A stretch of DNA of 64,000 bases from assembly GCA_963703955.1 (NCBI GenBank), contig CAVPGK010000011.1, positions 96,001 through 160,000 of the forward strand, written 5' to 3'. The position numbers and the translations under genes are program-made. The DNA comes from Nitrospirota bacterium (GTDB lineage Bacteria; Nitrospirota; Nitrospiria; Nitrospirales; Nitrospiraceae). The notes under the pieces are model-generated. The model was not told the DNA's origin and did no database searches. It worked only from the letters and a program-made list of their open reading frames with translations. Shown one piece after another: positions 49,573 through 59,917 of this stretch. Each line of letters starts with the position of its first letter. Position 1 is the first letter of the stretch.

Positions 49573-49863
49573 TCAGTCAAACCAGATGTGAAACCCTGAG
49601 TCCCGACCCGTAGCGGTTACCCATCGGACCTCGAGATTGTCGACTCGAGCCAAGGGAGGACCGGTTCGAAGCGACAGGATAAGCCCTTCGATCGCTCGCT
49701 TTTCCCCTTCCACCTCGACCTCCACTCTCCCATCGGAAAGATTTCGCACGCCGCCGCTCAATCCATACTGTGACGCTCTCTTCTGTGTAAATGCACGGTA
49801 CGCCACTCCCTGCACACGACCGCTGACCCGAATGCACGCCCTTGCGGGAAGGTCATGCGCCAT
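49573..49863 (-). CDS. acyP: Acylphosphatase
   Basis: VSGRVQGVAYR, GGVRNLSDGRVE. Confidence 0.92.
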   Translation of the reverse strand: MAHDLPARACIRVSGRVQGVAYRAFTQKRASQYGLSGGVRNLSDGRVEVEVEGEKRAIEGLILSLRTGPPLARVDNLEVRWVTATGRDSGFHIWFD

Positions 49864-50161
49864 CAGCACCTCATCATGCGGGGCTCCAGGGGACAAGGCG
49901 AATGTGACTATACGGAAAGAACGAATAGGAGCTCGAAGGTACAGACATTGAGAGAAGCTTCGAACCTCCTACCACCATTGAAATCAGCCACAGGTGAGAA
50001 GTGACTGGCACGATCAACTCAGTTCGCCGGATGCTGCTCGAGGTCCTGTTCAGACGAATAATTAGGAGTCCGCCATTACTAGCTAAAATCAAGTAAAGAC
50101 GCTTGAGGTTTTTATCCGAGCGCCTCAAATTCATGGGCGCTCGGTACTCGCTAGCGTGGTC

Positions 50162-50238
<77 letters not shown>

Positions 50239-50251
50239 ATCGTCTGTCTTC

Positions 50252-51358
50252 TCATGGGTCCAGCGGTTCATACCGCAGACCATGTGCCTCGGCGACGGCC
50301 TTGCATGTAACACGTCCGTTGCTCACATTTACGCCCTTCGCGAGGCCGGGGTCGGAATGGATTGCCTGCTGCACACCAGCCGAGGCTAATCGGACTATAA
50401 ATGGAAGCGTGGCGTTGGTCAAGGCAAAAGTCGAAGTGCGTGGGACGATCCCCGGCATGTTGGCGACGCCATAATGTAGCACGCCGTTCACCTGATAGAC
50501 CGGATCAGAATGACTGGTGGGGCGGGTTGTTTCCAAACATCCGCCCTGATCGACAGACACGTCCACGACGACCGATCCCGGCCGCATGCGGGAGACGACT
50601 TCGCGAGACACCAAACGCGGCGCCCGAGCTCCGCGTGCCAGCACCGCCCCGATCACCAGATCGGCGTCTTCCACTTTCCGATCTATCCACGCTTGATTTG
50701 GCGCTTGCGTGATAATGCGGCCCCCGTACAGATCGTCCAAACGGCGAAGGCGCTCGAGATCCAGGTTGAAGACGGTCACCTGGGCGCCCATGCCGACTGC
50801 AACCTTTGCAGCCGCGCTCCCCACGACCCCCGCGCCAAGGATGACGACGTTTGCCGGCGCGACACCGGGGACTCCGGCCAGCAGCACGCCACGTCCTCCC
50901 TGAGGCGATTCGAGGTACCGCGCGCCGATCTGTATCGACATACGCCCGGCGATTTCGCTCATCGGCCAAAGCATCGGCAGACTGCGATCGTCCGACTCCG
51001 TCGTCTCATACGCGATCGCGGTGATCTGTGCATCGATCAGCGCGCGCGTGAGTTCGTCCGACGACGCCAAATGGAGGTAGGTAAAGAGGGTTTGCCTCGG
51101 GCGAAACAGGCGACACTCCGACATCTGCGGTTCCTTGACTTTGACGATCATTTCGGCTTCCTCAAAGATCTGCGCATGTGATTCCGCGATGTGCGCGCCG
51201 GCCTTACGATAGTCCTCGTTGGAGAACCCGCTCCGCTCTCCCGCCGCAGACTCAAGCCACACGGTGTGGCCGGTGCCGCACAACGTCCGCACGCCATCCG
51301 GCGTCATGCTCACGCGATATTCGTGGTCCTTCATTTCTTTGGGCACGCCGATGATCAT
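50252..51358 (-). CDS. ald: Alanine dehydrogenase
   Basis: [35 protein letters not shown]. Confidence 0.95.
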   Translation of the reverse strand: MIIGVPKEMKDHEYRVSMTPDGVRTLCGTGHTVWLESAAGERSGFSNEDYRKAGAHIAESHAQIFEEAEMIVKVKEPQMSECRLFRPRQTLFTYLHLASSDELTRALIDAQITAIAYETTESDDRSLPMLWPMSEIAGRMSIQIGARYLESPQGGRGVLLAGVPGVAPANVVILGAGVVGSAAAKVAVGMGAQVTVFNLDLERLRRLDDLYGGRIITQAPNQAWIDRKVEDADLVIGAVLARGARAPRLVSREVVSRMRPGSVVVDVSVDQGGCLETTRPTSHSDPVYQVNGVLHYGVANMPGIVPRTSTFALTNATLPFIVRLASAGVQQAIHSDPGLAKGVNVSNGRVTCKAVAEAHGLRYEPLDP

Positions 51359-51525
51359 GACGCAGCCTCTTTCTGGATTGGTTGCCTCTTCGCATTATAC
51401 CCACTTTTGCTGCGGCGTGCTGCGTGTCACCATCCGCCGTTCCACCGCCCATCACAGGCGCGACGCCGCCCAAGCTGGACAGTCCGCAAATCAATGGTGT
51501 AAGATCGGAAATCTGAACCGAGGAC

Positions 51526-51960
51526 ATGACGATGACGTCAGCCGATGTCGAACCGGCGTTTTCTGCAGGCCACTGCGACGGCTGCGGAACAGGGCGAGGG
51601 CCGCTGATGAAGTTGTCGATGGGAAGAGATTTTTTCGGTCGATCCTACGACCGTCTCTCCCCTTCCTCCGATCAGAGTCCCAAGTGGTATTGTGAACATT
51701 GCTCTTTGCACAAGAACCTTCAACGCGACTTCCGGGACATCAGGGCTGAATTGGACAAGCTTGGCGGGGGGCAAGCTTCCGAACTTTCCAACCCCGATCA
51801 GCTCCAACGCGCACAGATCCGTCTTCGAGAGATCACGACGCTCTTATCCGCTCATGCGGGAGGTTCACGCCTGATCGAGTTGGCCGATGTGAGCGCGCTG
51901 ATCCATCGCATGCAGACCCTGTCGAGTTCGCCGTCGGCCGCCGGATCACCACCATTTTGA
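51526..51960 (+). CDS. Hypothetical protein with CxxC...CxxC
   Basis: GAGG RBS; CDGC and CEHC. Confidence 0.7.
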   Translation: MTMTSADVEPAFSAGHCDGCGTGRGPLMKLSMGRDFFGRSYDRLSPSSDQSPKWYCEHCSLHKNLQRDFRDIRAELDKLGGGQASELSNPDQLQRAQIRLREITTLLSAHAGGSRLIELADVSALIHRMQTLSSSPSAAGSPPF

Positions 51961-51967
51961 CCATACC

Positions 51968-52303
51968 GTGTCGACTTTCACCCATCACATCTTTGTGTGC
52001 GTGAACCAACGGCCGAAAGGCGATCCCCGCGGCTGTTGCGCCGATAACGGATCGGAACGCCTCCAAGCGTTCTTCAAGAAGGAAGTGGAGCGGCTAGGAC
52101 TGAAGGGGACCGTGCGGGCAAACAAGGCCGGATGCTTGGACCATTGTGAGTATGGCCCCAGCGTGGTGATCTACCCCGAAGGCACCTGGTACTGGGTCGG
52201 ATCCGAAGCGGACGTCACGGAGATCATGGAGCGCCATGTCAAGGCCGGTGAAATCGTCGAGCGACTGTTGATGCCGGGCCACCCACCGGGTCAGAAAGCC
52301 TGA
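51968..52303 (+). CDS. Thioredoxin-like [2Fe-2S] ferredoxin
   Basis: HIFVCVN..GCC..AGCLDHCEYGPSVVIYPEGTWY. Confidence 0.92.
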   Translation: MSTFTHHIFVCVNQRPKGDPRGCCADNGSERLQAFFKKEVERLGLKGTVRANKAGCLDHCEYGPSVVIYPEGTWYWVGSEADVTEIMERHVKAGEIVERLLMPGHPPGQKA

Positions 52304-52333
52304 TCCCTCACACTCGCGAATCTAGAGGACAGC

Positions 52334-52747
52334 ATGCCGGTCGAAGAAAAATGGAAGGCTAACCAGGCGAAGGTAGCCTTCATGAAACAATTTCCCGGGT
52401 TGACGCTGGTGTGGGAGCGGCTGCATGGCAAGACCATCGAGACCGTGGCTGCACTCCCGTCCAAGCCGGGAGCAGCCGTGTTGGTTTTCTCGGACGGCTC
52501 GTTTACGGTGGCTCCTCCCCTGGCGCCCGAACCATGGGAATTGACGGAGGGATTGATCGTCGCGCGCGGGGTCCTCGAATCCAAGCACCGTGAAGCCTAC
52601 GCGGAGTATGACCGGTTGGTCCGAACGGATAAGGAGGCGTTACGCGCCGCCAGGTTGGAGAAGATACTCGGAGCGATTCAGAACAATCTGGAGCAGATCC
52701 CGGAGTTGAAAGACCGGCTCCGTGAGCTCGTCAAAAATTGGAAGTGA
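52334..52747 (+). CDS. Hypothetical protein
   Basis: GAGG RBS, operonic spacing. Confidence 0.7.
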   Translation: MPVEEKWKANQAKVAFMKQFPGLTLVWERLHGKTIETVAALPSKPGAAVLVFSDGSFTVAPPLAPEPWELTEGLIVARGVLESKHREAYAEYDRLVRTDKEALRAARLEKILGAIQNNLEQIPELKDRLRELVKNWK

Positions 52748-52759
52748 GGATCGCCGACT

Positions 52760-53044
52760 GTGAACATGTTGGAGATGTTTTCCCAAGCGCTGTTTGAGGG
52801 AGTCAAACCCATGATGGTGTCACGAGATCACCTGGTTCGCCATCCCGATCGCTGCACCCACAATGCCGTGTGCATCCCCGTCTGTCCGACCGGCGCATGG
52901 CTCTCCACGCCCCCGTTCAAATTTGATTCATCCCGCTGCCTCGAGACGTGCCGACTCTGCCTCGATGCCTGTCCCGCCCAAGCCATCTATGCCGTCTTCC
53001 GCAAGGGCGACAAGCTGCTTGAGCCGCAAACAAAAACAATCTAG
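52760..53044 (+). CDS. Dicluster-type ferredoxin (7 Cys)
   Basis: CTHNAVCIPVCP and CLETCRLCLDACP. Confidence 0.85.
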   Translation: MNMLEMFSQALFEGVKPMMVSRDHLVRHPDRCTHNAVCIPVCPTGAWLSTPPFKFDSSRCLETCRLCLDACPAQAIYAVFRKGDKLLEPQTKTI

Positions 53045-53076
53045 GCAAGCTACTCCGCTCAGGAAAGTATCTACTG

Positions 53077-53255
53077 CATCCGCCCACCCAAAGCGTTCTT
53101 TCACCCGCCCACCCCGCGCCGACCAAGGGCGGCGCTTTGCCGGACGCGCTCCTTCCCTCGCGAGGCCACAGGGAAGACAAAACTTCTAGCGTAGCTAAGG
53201 GCTACGTAGGGGATTTGTGGAGCCGAGAGCGAATTTGGGACCTTTTTCAGCAGCC
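53077..53255. repeat. MITE-like element, copy 3
   Basis: GAGCCGAGA.CGAA.TTGGG..CC.TTTTCAGCAGCC matches the reverse complement of copy 1. Left boundary is degenerate. Confidence 0.75.
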
Positions 53256-54302
53256 TCCGAGAGACTTCCGCACCCGCCCCCAGTACGCTGTCGCCACATA
53301 CCCGCAACCTCCAGTCAGGGTCGTCAAGGCCATAATGACATAGACTCGGCGCTTCGATATCTTGACGTTAACGGAGGGAGCCAGCAGATCAGGAGAAGCG
53401 GCCACGAGGCGAAGGGTTTCGCCGGCGAACAGAATCGGCCACATACAGGCCAGCCGGAGCCGTAACTCCCGCCTGGGAATCGCCATGGTATAGAGCCAGC
53501 CTTGATCCAGATGATCTCGAGCGACAACGATCAATCTAGTGAGGATCGGTTGAAACGCGTGACGGTTGTTTGGGTTGAGGAGATCGCTCGGCTTCAAGCC
53601 CGCTTCATGCAGCAGCGCGCTCGGAACATAGCAGCGCCCTCTCTGTAAATCCCTGGCCATATCTTTCAACACGTTGGTGAGCTGGAGTCCCTTCCCGAAT
53701 CGCACCCCGATCGTGGCCATCTCTTTCACTTGCCAATTCGCCAATGATGGAAGATGGGCATGGACCATTTCAGTCCAAAACTCTCCCACGCATCCGGCGA
53801 CAAAATAGGTATAGCGGTCGAGATCGGCAAAGGTCTGAAGTGCGGTCAGGTCGTATACCGTATCACCTGGGAAGACCGTCAGATCCATATCCATCCCATT
53901 GGTGAGGGTTTGCATAAGCTGGCCGATGCGCAGCCGATCACCGGCGTCCAAGCTGAGATAGTGACGGAAGCAGTCGTCCAAACTTTCCAACAACCTGCGC
54001 TCGCCCGTGTCGGTCTGGTGCGGCGCAAGCGCTTCCTTGATCGCACGAATGTCGGACCAATTGATGCGCCCGGAGAATTGCGCTTTGAACCGCGTGAGAA
54101 ACCCCAGCCGGCGGTTGCGATCAATGAGGTCGGTGTCAGCAATTGTATCGGCAGCTCTGGCAAAGAGATAGGCCAATCCGACCTGTCGTCTTATCCCGAA
54201 TGGGATCACAGTCAGGGTCAGATAAAACGAGCGGGAGACCTGCTTGAGAATGTCTTCAAGCAAGTAGGAGTGTGTGGAAACGGTGTGGTCGATGGGAGTC
54301 AC
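53247..54302 (-). CDS. Squalene/phytoene synthase family (FPP farnesyltransferase-like)
   Basis: VSRSF, ARAADTIAD, YFVAGCVGEF, GLQLTNVLKD. Confidence 0.9.
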   Translation of the reverse strand: MTPIDHTVSTHSYLLEDILKQVSRSFYLTLTVIPFGIRRQVGLAYLFARAADTIADTDLIDRNRRLGFLTRFKAQFSGRINWSDIRAIKEALAPHQTDTGERRLLESLDDCFRHYLSLDAGDRLRIGQLMQTLTNGMDMDLTVFPGDTVYDLTALQTFADLDRYTYFVAGCVGEFWTEMVHAHLPSLANWQVKEMATIGVRFGKGLQLTNVLKDMARDLQRGRCYVPSALLHEAGLKPSDLLNPNNRHAFQPILTRLIVVARDHLDQGWLYTMAIPRRELRLRLACMWPILFAGETLRLVAASPDLLAPSVNVKISKRRVYVIMALTTLTGGCGYVATAYWGRVRKSLGGC

Positions 54303-54727
54303 TGCCGAACTTCTAAGCGGCCTTCCATGCCCTTTTCCCGATGGCTCGCAAAGAAGAGCAGCTTCTTATCACAATAGAAGGTAAAGACGCCGATTTGCTC
54401 CGGTGTGAAACGAATCGTCAGGCTTTTCCCGGCACTGACATTCTGGTCCACCATGAGTCCCGCGGCCGGCTCCTTTATGACAAAGTTATGCGGCGTGAGG
54501 ACCGTCACGCTGGTGAGAGTTAACTCCACCGGCTTTCCAACCTGGACGATCAGATGGTTGGGCGCATAGGCATAACTGTCCAGCGTTATGGCGGCGCGTT
54601 GCACACCATCCGCGCCGGCTTCCAGGACAACAGGAGGCGCCGTTGTGGGCTGATCGCCGGCGAACACCGTCGTCGCAAGCAGCCCGCAACACGTTAACAT
54701 GCTCGGGCTGGACATGAAGAATCGCAT
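54299..54727 (-). CDS. Exported cupredoxin-domain protein
   Basis: HNF..FYC-x9-H-x4-M type-1 Cu ligand pattern. Start uncertain. Confidence 0.8.
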   Translation of the reverse strand: MRFFMSSPSMLTCCGLLATTVFAGDQPTTAPPVVLEAGADGVQRAAITLDSYAYAPNHLIVQVGKPVELTLTSVTVLTPHNFVIKEPAAGLMVDQNVSAGKSLTIRFTPEQIGVFTFYCDKKLLFFASHREKGMEGRLEVRQ

Positions 54728-54931
54728 GGGACTCCTTCTATCAGAAGCGACATGGCTCGTCAATGATAACCCCGCAATTCTTCGAGGCCGCTAGACTCTT
54801 GACCCTTGACGGAAGATGGCTATCTGCATGTCGTTCGTGCTTTGAACCATCAATGATTTTTCTGCCAGAGGATTGTATAATATCTCCGGCGGATACACGC
54901 CAGGCAACCGTGGCGAAAAAGGAGAACGCAG

Positions 54932-55816
54932 ATGAAATCGCTGAAGGGTATCGGGTTACTGCTGATCGCCAATGTCCTGATCTTCGTAACCCTATCGATT
55001 ACGTTCAATATACTCGTGAATTTTGTTCTGCCCGCGTTGGGAATCGACGTGCGCGGCGCAGTGAATCAGCAAGATTTGGTCTGGGCGATGGTCCTCGGAT
55101 TTGGTGGCGCGTTCATCAGTTTGGCTTTTTCCAAACAGATGGCGAGATCGATGTTGGATTGTTCTCAAATCACGCAGCCCCGCACGCAAGCCGAACATGT
55201 CATTTATGGAGCCGTGCAGGAAATTGCCCGGCGACTCAAAATCAAGATGCCGGAAGTCTGGGTGTATGAATCTCCGGATCCGAATGCCTTTGCAACGGGT
55301 CCGAGTAAGAATAACTCCATGGTGGCGGTCTCCACGGGTCTACTGAACAATCTGAACGAGGAAGAAGTGCGGGCCGTGCTGGCTCACGAGATGGGGCACG
55401 TCTATAACGGCGATATGTTCACCACAACCGTTTTGGCCGGCCTCATGAACACGTTCGTATACTTCATCAGCCGCTGGGTCTACCGTAACCTGCAAGAACG
55501 GAATGAGGCGCTCGCGTTCGCGGTGTACATGATCCTCCAGATCCTGCTGTCGTTCCTGGCGATGATTCCGATCAGTTGGTTTTCGCGCCGTCGGGAGTTC
55601 GCAGCCGACGCGTTCTCCGCGCGTGTCTATGGAAAGAATGCCATGATTTCGGCCTTGCAGGCGATAGATCGCTGGATCAACCGGGCGCAGGTTGAATACA
55701 GCACACAAGACCCGCTAGCGACCATGAAGATTTCCGGTAAGACCAGGGGTGTGTTCCATGTTTTTGCGACGCATCCGCCGATCGACGAGCGCGTTGCGGC
55801 TCTTCAACGCCTCTGA
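54932..55816 (+). CDS. htpX: Membrane zinc protease HtpX
   Basis: NAFATG, AHEMGH, FSRRREFAAD, THPP. Confidence 0.93.
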   Translation: MKSLKGIGLLLIANVLIFVTLSITFNILVNFVLPALGIDVRGAVNQQDLVWAMVLGFGGAFISLAFSKQMARSMLDCSQITQPRTQAEHVIYGAVQEIARRLKIKMPEVWVYESPDPNAFATGPSKNNSMVAVSTGLLNNLNEEEVRAVLAHEMGHVYNGDMFTTTVLAGLMNTFVYFISRWVYRNLQERNEALAFAVYMILQILLSFLAMIPISWFSRRREFAADAFSARVYGKNAMISALQAIDRWINRAQVEYSTQDPLATMKISGKTRGVFHVFATHPPIDERVAALQRL

Positions 55817-55838
55817 AGTCACATTCACGGAGGGAACC

Positions 55839-56474
55839 ATGAGACTTCTCAAAGGCGCATTCACCACTGTAGTAGCGCTGGGCATCATCGCTGGTTGCTC
55901 CCCGGGTTACTTCTGGAGTCCTCCCGATGCCCAAGCGGACGAAACGCGAACACCTGTTCAGTCGGAGGGAGTCAGGATGGCCTCGCAATCGGGAACTATT
56001 TACCAATTTACCTTGGACGACATCGACGGAAAACCCGTGTCGCTCAGCCAGTTCCGTGGAAAAGCCCTGCTGGTGGTCAACACGGCCAGTTTCTGCGGCA
56101 ACACGCCGCAGTATGCCGACCTTCAGACGATGTATGAACGCTATCGGGATCAGGGCTTTGAGATTCTGGCTTTTCCAGCCAACAACTTCGGTCGGCAGGA
56201 GCCGGGAACCAACGAAGAGATTAAGAGCTTTTGCTACACCAAGTATAGTTTGACCTTCCCGCTCTTCAGCAAGATCAGCGTCAAGGGCGACGACAAGCAC
56301 CCGCTCTATCGGTATCTGACCGAACAGAGCCCCTTCCCGGGCGAGGTTGAATGGAATTTCCAGAAGTATTTGGTGGACCGGACCGGGAATGTGGTCGCCC
56401 GGTACCATCATCGCGCCAAGCCGCTTTCCGAAGATATTGTGCGGGACGTCGAGCGCACGCTAGCGAAGAACTAA
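55839..56474 (+). CDS. Glutathione peroxidase-family protein (Cys type) with lipoprotein-like signal
   Basis: VNTASFCG, FPANNFG.QEPG, WNFQKYL; IAGC lipobox. Confidence 0.92.
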   Translation: MRLLKGAFTTVVALGIIAGCSPGYFWSPPDAQADETRTPVQSEGVRMASQSGTIYQFTLDDIDGKPVSLSQFRGKALLVVNTASFCGNTPQYADLQTMYERYRDQGFEILAFPANNFGRQEPGTNEEIKSFCYTKYSLTFPLFSKISVKGDDKHPLYRYLTEQSPFPGEVEWNFQKYLVDRTGNVVARYHHRAKPLSEDIVRDVERTLAKN

Positions 56475-56494
56475 CCCACGATGCTATGCCTTCA

Positions 56495-56767
56495 TCAGCT
56501 TTTCTTCACGAAATTGATGTGAGCACGATACTCCTCAATGGCTGCAGCCAGGGCGTTTGAGCCCAGTGGAATGTTCACTTCGAGAGCCTCCTCCACGTCT
56601 TGATCATCGATCACAACCTCGTAGCGGTCTTGGACACGCGTCAAGACCATGCCCTTCCCGGCATCCCGCGGCAGGAAGATTTCATGCCAGATCTCTTTCT
56701 CAATCAGACACACATCTTTGAACCGCTCATATAGCAGGGCAAGTTTCGCCGGATCGGTTTCGTTCAT
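56495..56767 (-). CDS. Hypothetical protein
   Basis: GAGG RBS, 90-aa ORF. Confidence 0.65.
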   Translation of the reverse strand: MNETDPAKLALLYERFKDVCLIEKEIWHEIFLPRDAGKGMVLTRVQDRYEVVIDDQDVEEALEVNIPLGSNALAAAIEEYRAHINFVKKS

Positions 56768-56790
56768 CCTTCCTCACCGCACCCAATTAG

Positions 56791-57072
56791 CTAATGTCCG
56801 TGGCCGTCGCTGCATCCACCCTCCCCGCCCGAAAACCCTGTCATCCCGGTGGGCGGCGGCATGCCGGTAATATTCAGCGGCGTAGGATCAGGGGAAGAGG
56901 CACCGACCTCACCGGAACGAGCGGCAAACGATGAGAGGATTTTTCTGAGCGGCGCGCCACACTCCCTGCAGGCCGTCAGGGCCGGTTCCGACAATGACTG
57001 TAGATATTCCTTTCGGCATGAACAAGGCGGCTCTCGGTGACAGCGTGTTGTCACGTACTCGTAGATCGGCAT
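56791..57072 (-). CDS. FmdB-family zinc-ribbon protein
   Basis: MPIYEY..C..C..CRECG..KILS. Confidence 0.8.
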   Translation of the reverse strand: MPIYEYVTTRCHREPPCSCRKEYLQSLSEPALTACRECGAPLRKILSSFAARSGEVGASSPDPTPLNITGMPPPTGMTGFSGGEGGCSDGHGH

Positions 57073-57109
57073 GTCTATCGTATCTCGAGAGCCAAGAGCG
57101 GAGTCGACT

Positions 57110-57766
57110 CTACTTCGCCGTCGAAGTCCCTGAGGCCATCGGTTGATCGACGATCCTAAATTGCATCGTCCCGACCTGGTTCACGGCATGGAACGCCTGT
57201 TGTCCCAGCGGTGTGACGAAAATCTTGACCAGATAGTTGCCTTTCGGCCATCCTTCCGGTGGACTCTTCAGTTCCAAAAAGCCCCATCGACTGTGGCCTG
57301 GCAATTCCAGCACGTCCCGCCCCATGGGAGACTCTGAAATTTTTCCCTTTTCATCCTCCAGGAACCATTGGGCGCTGAACTGCCCCGGGTCTTCCTGGGG
57401 CGCAGCCTCAAAGACGATGTAAATGGCCGGCGTGTCCGGGGCGAAAACCGTGGTCCCGGGTTCGATCGCTTTGACTCTAGGATCCTGCGTATACCATCCT
57501 TGACGACCGAAACTGTCCCACTCGACCTCATAGCCTTTCGCCATCTGTATCCATACGAACAAGGCCTGGGGAATTCCCCGTTTCTGGGAGTCCAGAGATG
57601 GCAACTTGGTCTCGTCATACTCCGTCACCCCTTGCTCCTTTTGAGGCAACAGTTCCCGGGCCCCGACAAGCCCGTTCGTGGTCCATCCGCCTACAAGAAA
57701 GAACAACGCCAAACCGGCTTTGACCAACACTCGGCACGGACGCACGCTCTCCCTTTGACGGTTCAT
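57110..57766 (-). CDS. Exported hypothetical protein
   Basis: GGAGG RBS, signal-like N-terminus, Ig-like C-terminus (WPKGNYLVKIF). Confidence 0.7.
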   Translation of the reverse strand: MNRQRESVRPCRVLVKAGLALFFLVGGWTTNGLVGARELLPQKEQGVTEYDETKLPSLDSQKRGIPQALFVWIQMAKGYEVEWDSFGRQGWYTQDPRVKAIEPGTTVFAPDTPAIYIVFEAAPQEDPGQFSAQWFLEDEKGKISESPMGRDVLELPGHSRWGFLELKSPPEGWPKGNYLVKIFVTPLGQQAFHAVNQVGTMQFRIVDQPMASGTSTAK

Positions 57767-57904
57767 CGTGCACCTCCACTTCTCCAAAACAAGAGGTCTT
57801 AACACTGCGAACCCTCTTTACACGCTACCGCACACCAACCGACCGAAGCAACCCGCTCCTTGCTCCTCAGGATCGTGTGGTGACGAAGGTCTGGGTTGGG
57901 GCGG

Positions 57905-58141
57905 TTATGGTGCCGGCGCGACCGAGCTTGTCCCTTGCTCACGCTCTTCCTGCTTCATCTTATCGAAGAACCGGTCCGAATTTCCCCTGACTTCCTTCTG
58001 GGTGGGTGCTGAGGAGGTCGGACGATCCGCGGCACAGCCCAGGAGGACCATTCCGCCCGCAACGACAGCGAGAGCCAGAAGTAATCGCACGTTTTCTGCC
58101 CCGTTCCAGCACCGCATCGCGACATCCTGCTTGAGTGCCAT
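57905..58141 (-). CDS. Small lipoprotein
   Basis: LLGC lipobox; start uncertain. Confidence 0.65.
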   Translation of the reverse strand: MALKQDVAMRCWNGAENVRLLLALAVVAGGMVLLGCAADRPTSSAPTQKEVRGNSDRFFDKMKQEEREQGTSSVAPAP

Positions 58142-58215
58142 GCTCCGATTCGGCTGCCTCGTGTCAATGATCTTACTCCACCGGCGCGGTAAAAACCACA
58201 GCGGGCGCGCAGCCC

Positions 58216-58244
58216 TTGACTCACCATCTGTCCAAGGCTATCCT
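58216..58244 (+). promoter_or_regulatory. Putative sigma70 promoter
   Basis: TTGACT-17 nt-TATCCT. Confidence 0.5.
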
Positions 58245-58279
58245 CACGGCGCAATCCTACCCACTCGACCAGGAAGCCG

Positions 58280-58729
58280 ATGATGTCCCTCCATGAGCGG
58301 CTCACCCAGGAACTGAAAGACGCCACGAAGGCAAGGGACCAACTCCGGATGGATGTCATCCGCATGATCAAAGCCGCCTTATTGAACAAGGAGTTGGAGC
58401 TCAAGAAGGAGCTGGATGACGCGGAGATGGGCCGCGTCATGACCATACTCGTCAAACAGCGCAGAGAGGCTGCTGAACAGTACCAGAAAGCCAACCGCAA
58501 CGACCTTGCCGGAAGGGAATTACAAGAGATTGGCATCATCGAAGGGTACCTGCCTAAGGCGCTCTCGCCGGAGGAAGTCACGCGGCTCGTGGAGGTGGTC
58601 ATCCGCGAAAGCGGCGCCACCACGCTCAAGGACATGGGGCAAGTGATGAAAATCGTGCTGAGCAGATTGGCAGGCCAACTTGTGGACGGCAAACAGATCA
58701 GCGACCTTGTTCGATCGAAGCTTGGCTAA
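58280..58729 (+). CDS. GatB/YqeY-domain protein
   Basis: LKDATKARD..KQRREAAEQY..YLPKAL..KDMGQVM. Confidence 0.93.
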   Translation: MMSLHERLTQELKDATKARDQLRMDVIRMIKAALLNKELELKKELDDAEMGRVMTILVKQRREAAEQYQKANRNDLAGRELQEIGIIEGYLPKALSPEEVTRLVEVVIRESGATTLKDMGQVMKIVLSRLAGQLVDGKQISDLVRSKLG

Positions 58730-58854
58730 CACCTCCCGGTGAATTTCTGTCCGACCTCCATGCGCTTTTCCGCCCTCTATTTGACCAACTTGTAGACCGC
58801 TGATATACATTAGTAACCGGATGTTATTCATGGACAATCTGCCATAGGAACAGC

Positions 58855-59829
58855 ATGAGCATTTTGATTATTGATGACTCCAGGGACGATTGTCTCCTGC
58901 TGCAATCCATTCTGGAATCGGCGGGCTATCGGGAAACCATCGTCGCCGAATCGTTTGACGCAGGCTTTCAGCACCTGAGCAAATATGATCCCTCCAACGT
59001 ATCTACGAAAATCGATTTGATTTTGCTGGATGTCCTGATGCCGGGGACCACCGGTATTCAGGCGTGCAGGCGAATCAAAGCCATTGAGCGGCTTCGGGAT
59101 ATCCCCATCATCATGATCAGCGTGCAAACCGATCCCGGCAACCTGCAACTGGCATTCGCGGAAGGCGCCATCGACTACATCAGAAAACCGGTGATTAAAG
59201 CCGAGCTTTTGGCCCGGGTCCGCTCCGTGCTGAAATTGGCTCAGGAGATCGTGCGACGGAAGGCCCGCGAGCAAGAACTCGTGGAGGTGACGCAACAATT
59301 GGAAGCCGCGAACCATCGGCTGCGGCAGATGTCTAGCCTCGATGGGCTGACGGAAATCAGCAATCGTCGCCGGTTCGATGAGTTTTTCCAAACGGAGTGG
59401 AAACGGGCAGCGCGGGAACTCATCCCTTTTTCGTTGATTCTTTTCGACATCGATTTTTTCAAGAAATTCAACGACACCTATGGACACCTAACCGGCGACG
59501 AGTGTTTGAAACGAGTGGCCACTGCAGCGAAAGGGACGCTCAATCGTGCGGGCGATCTGGTGGCTCGTTATGGAGGAGATGAATTTGTGGTAGGGCTCCC
59601 TGGGACGCCTGCCGAGGGCGCCACGCGCGTCGCCGAGACACTCCGCAAGACGGTCGAAGAGTTGGAAATAGGAGTGACCTTGAGCCTGGGCGTCGCGACC
59701 AGTTTCCCGGATCTGAATGCGTCACCCGCCGCGCTCATTGCCGCCGCCGACGAAGCGCTGTTTCGAGCAAAACAAGATGGCCGGAATCGTGTGCGCGTGG
59801 TCGATTCGATGAGCCAGACTCCGCGGTAG
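58855..59829 (+). CDS. REC-GGDEF diguanylate cyclase
   Basis: REC domain, DGLT, I-site RAGD, intact GGDEF. Confidence 0.94.
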   Translation: MSILIIDDSRDDCLLLQSILESAGYRETIVAESFDAGFQHLSKYDPSNVSTKIDLILLDVLMPGTTGIQACRRIKAIERLRDIPIIMISVQTDPGNLQLAFAEGAIDYIRKPVIKAELLARVRSVLKLAQEIVRRKAREQELVEVTQQLEAANHRLRQMSSLDGLTEISNRRRFDEFFQTEWKRAARELIPFSLILFDIDFFKKFNDTYGHLTGDECLKRVATAAKGTLNRAGDLVARYGGDEFVVGLPGTPAEGATRVAETLRKTVEELEIGVTLSLGVATSFPDLNASPAALIAAADEALFRAKQDGRNRVRVVDSMSQTPR

Positions 59830-59917
59830 TACAGATCAGCCATCATCGAAGCTCCTTGCCCCAAAAATCGCTCAATTCAACGTCGGCTGCCCAATCTGCC
59901 CCCCTTCCAAACGCCCT

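Noticed and set aside
50116..50144. Hairpin CCGAGCGCC/GGCGCTCGG after tRNA-Pro as a terminator or att marker
   Set aside because: No U-tract follows on either strand, and I saw no integrase or duplicated tRNA 3' end in the window.
55839..56474. Selenocysteine in the glutathione peroxidase
   Set aside because: The active-site codon is TGC (Cys) and there is no in-frame TGA.
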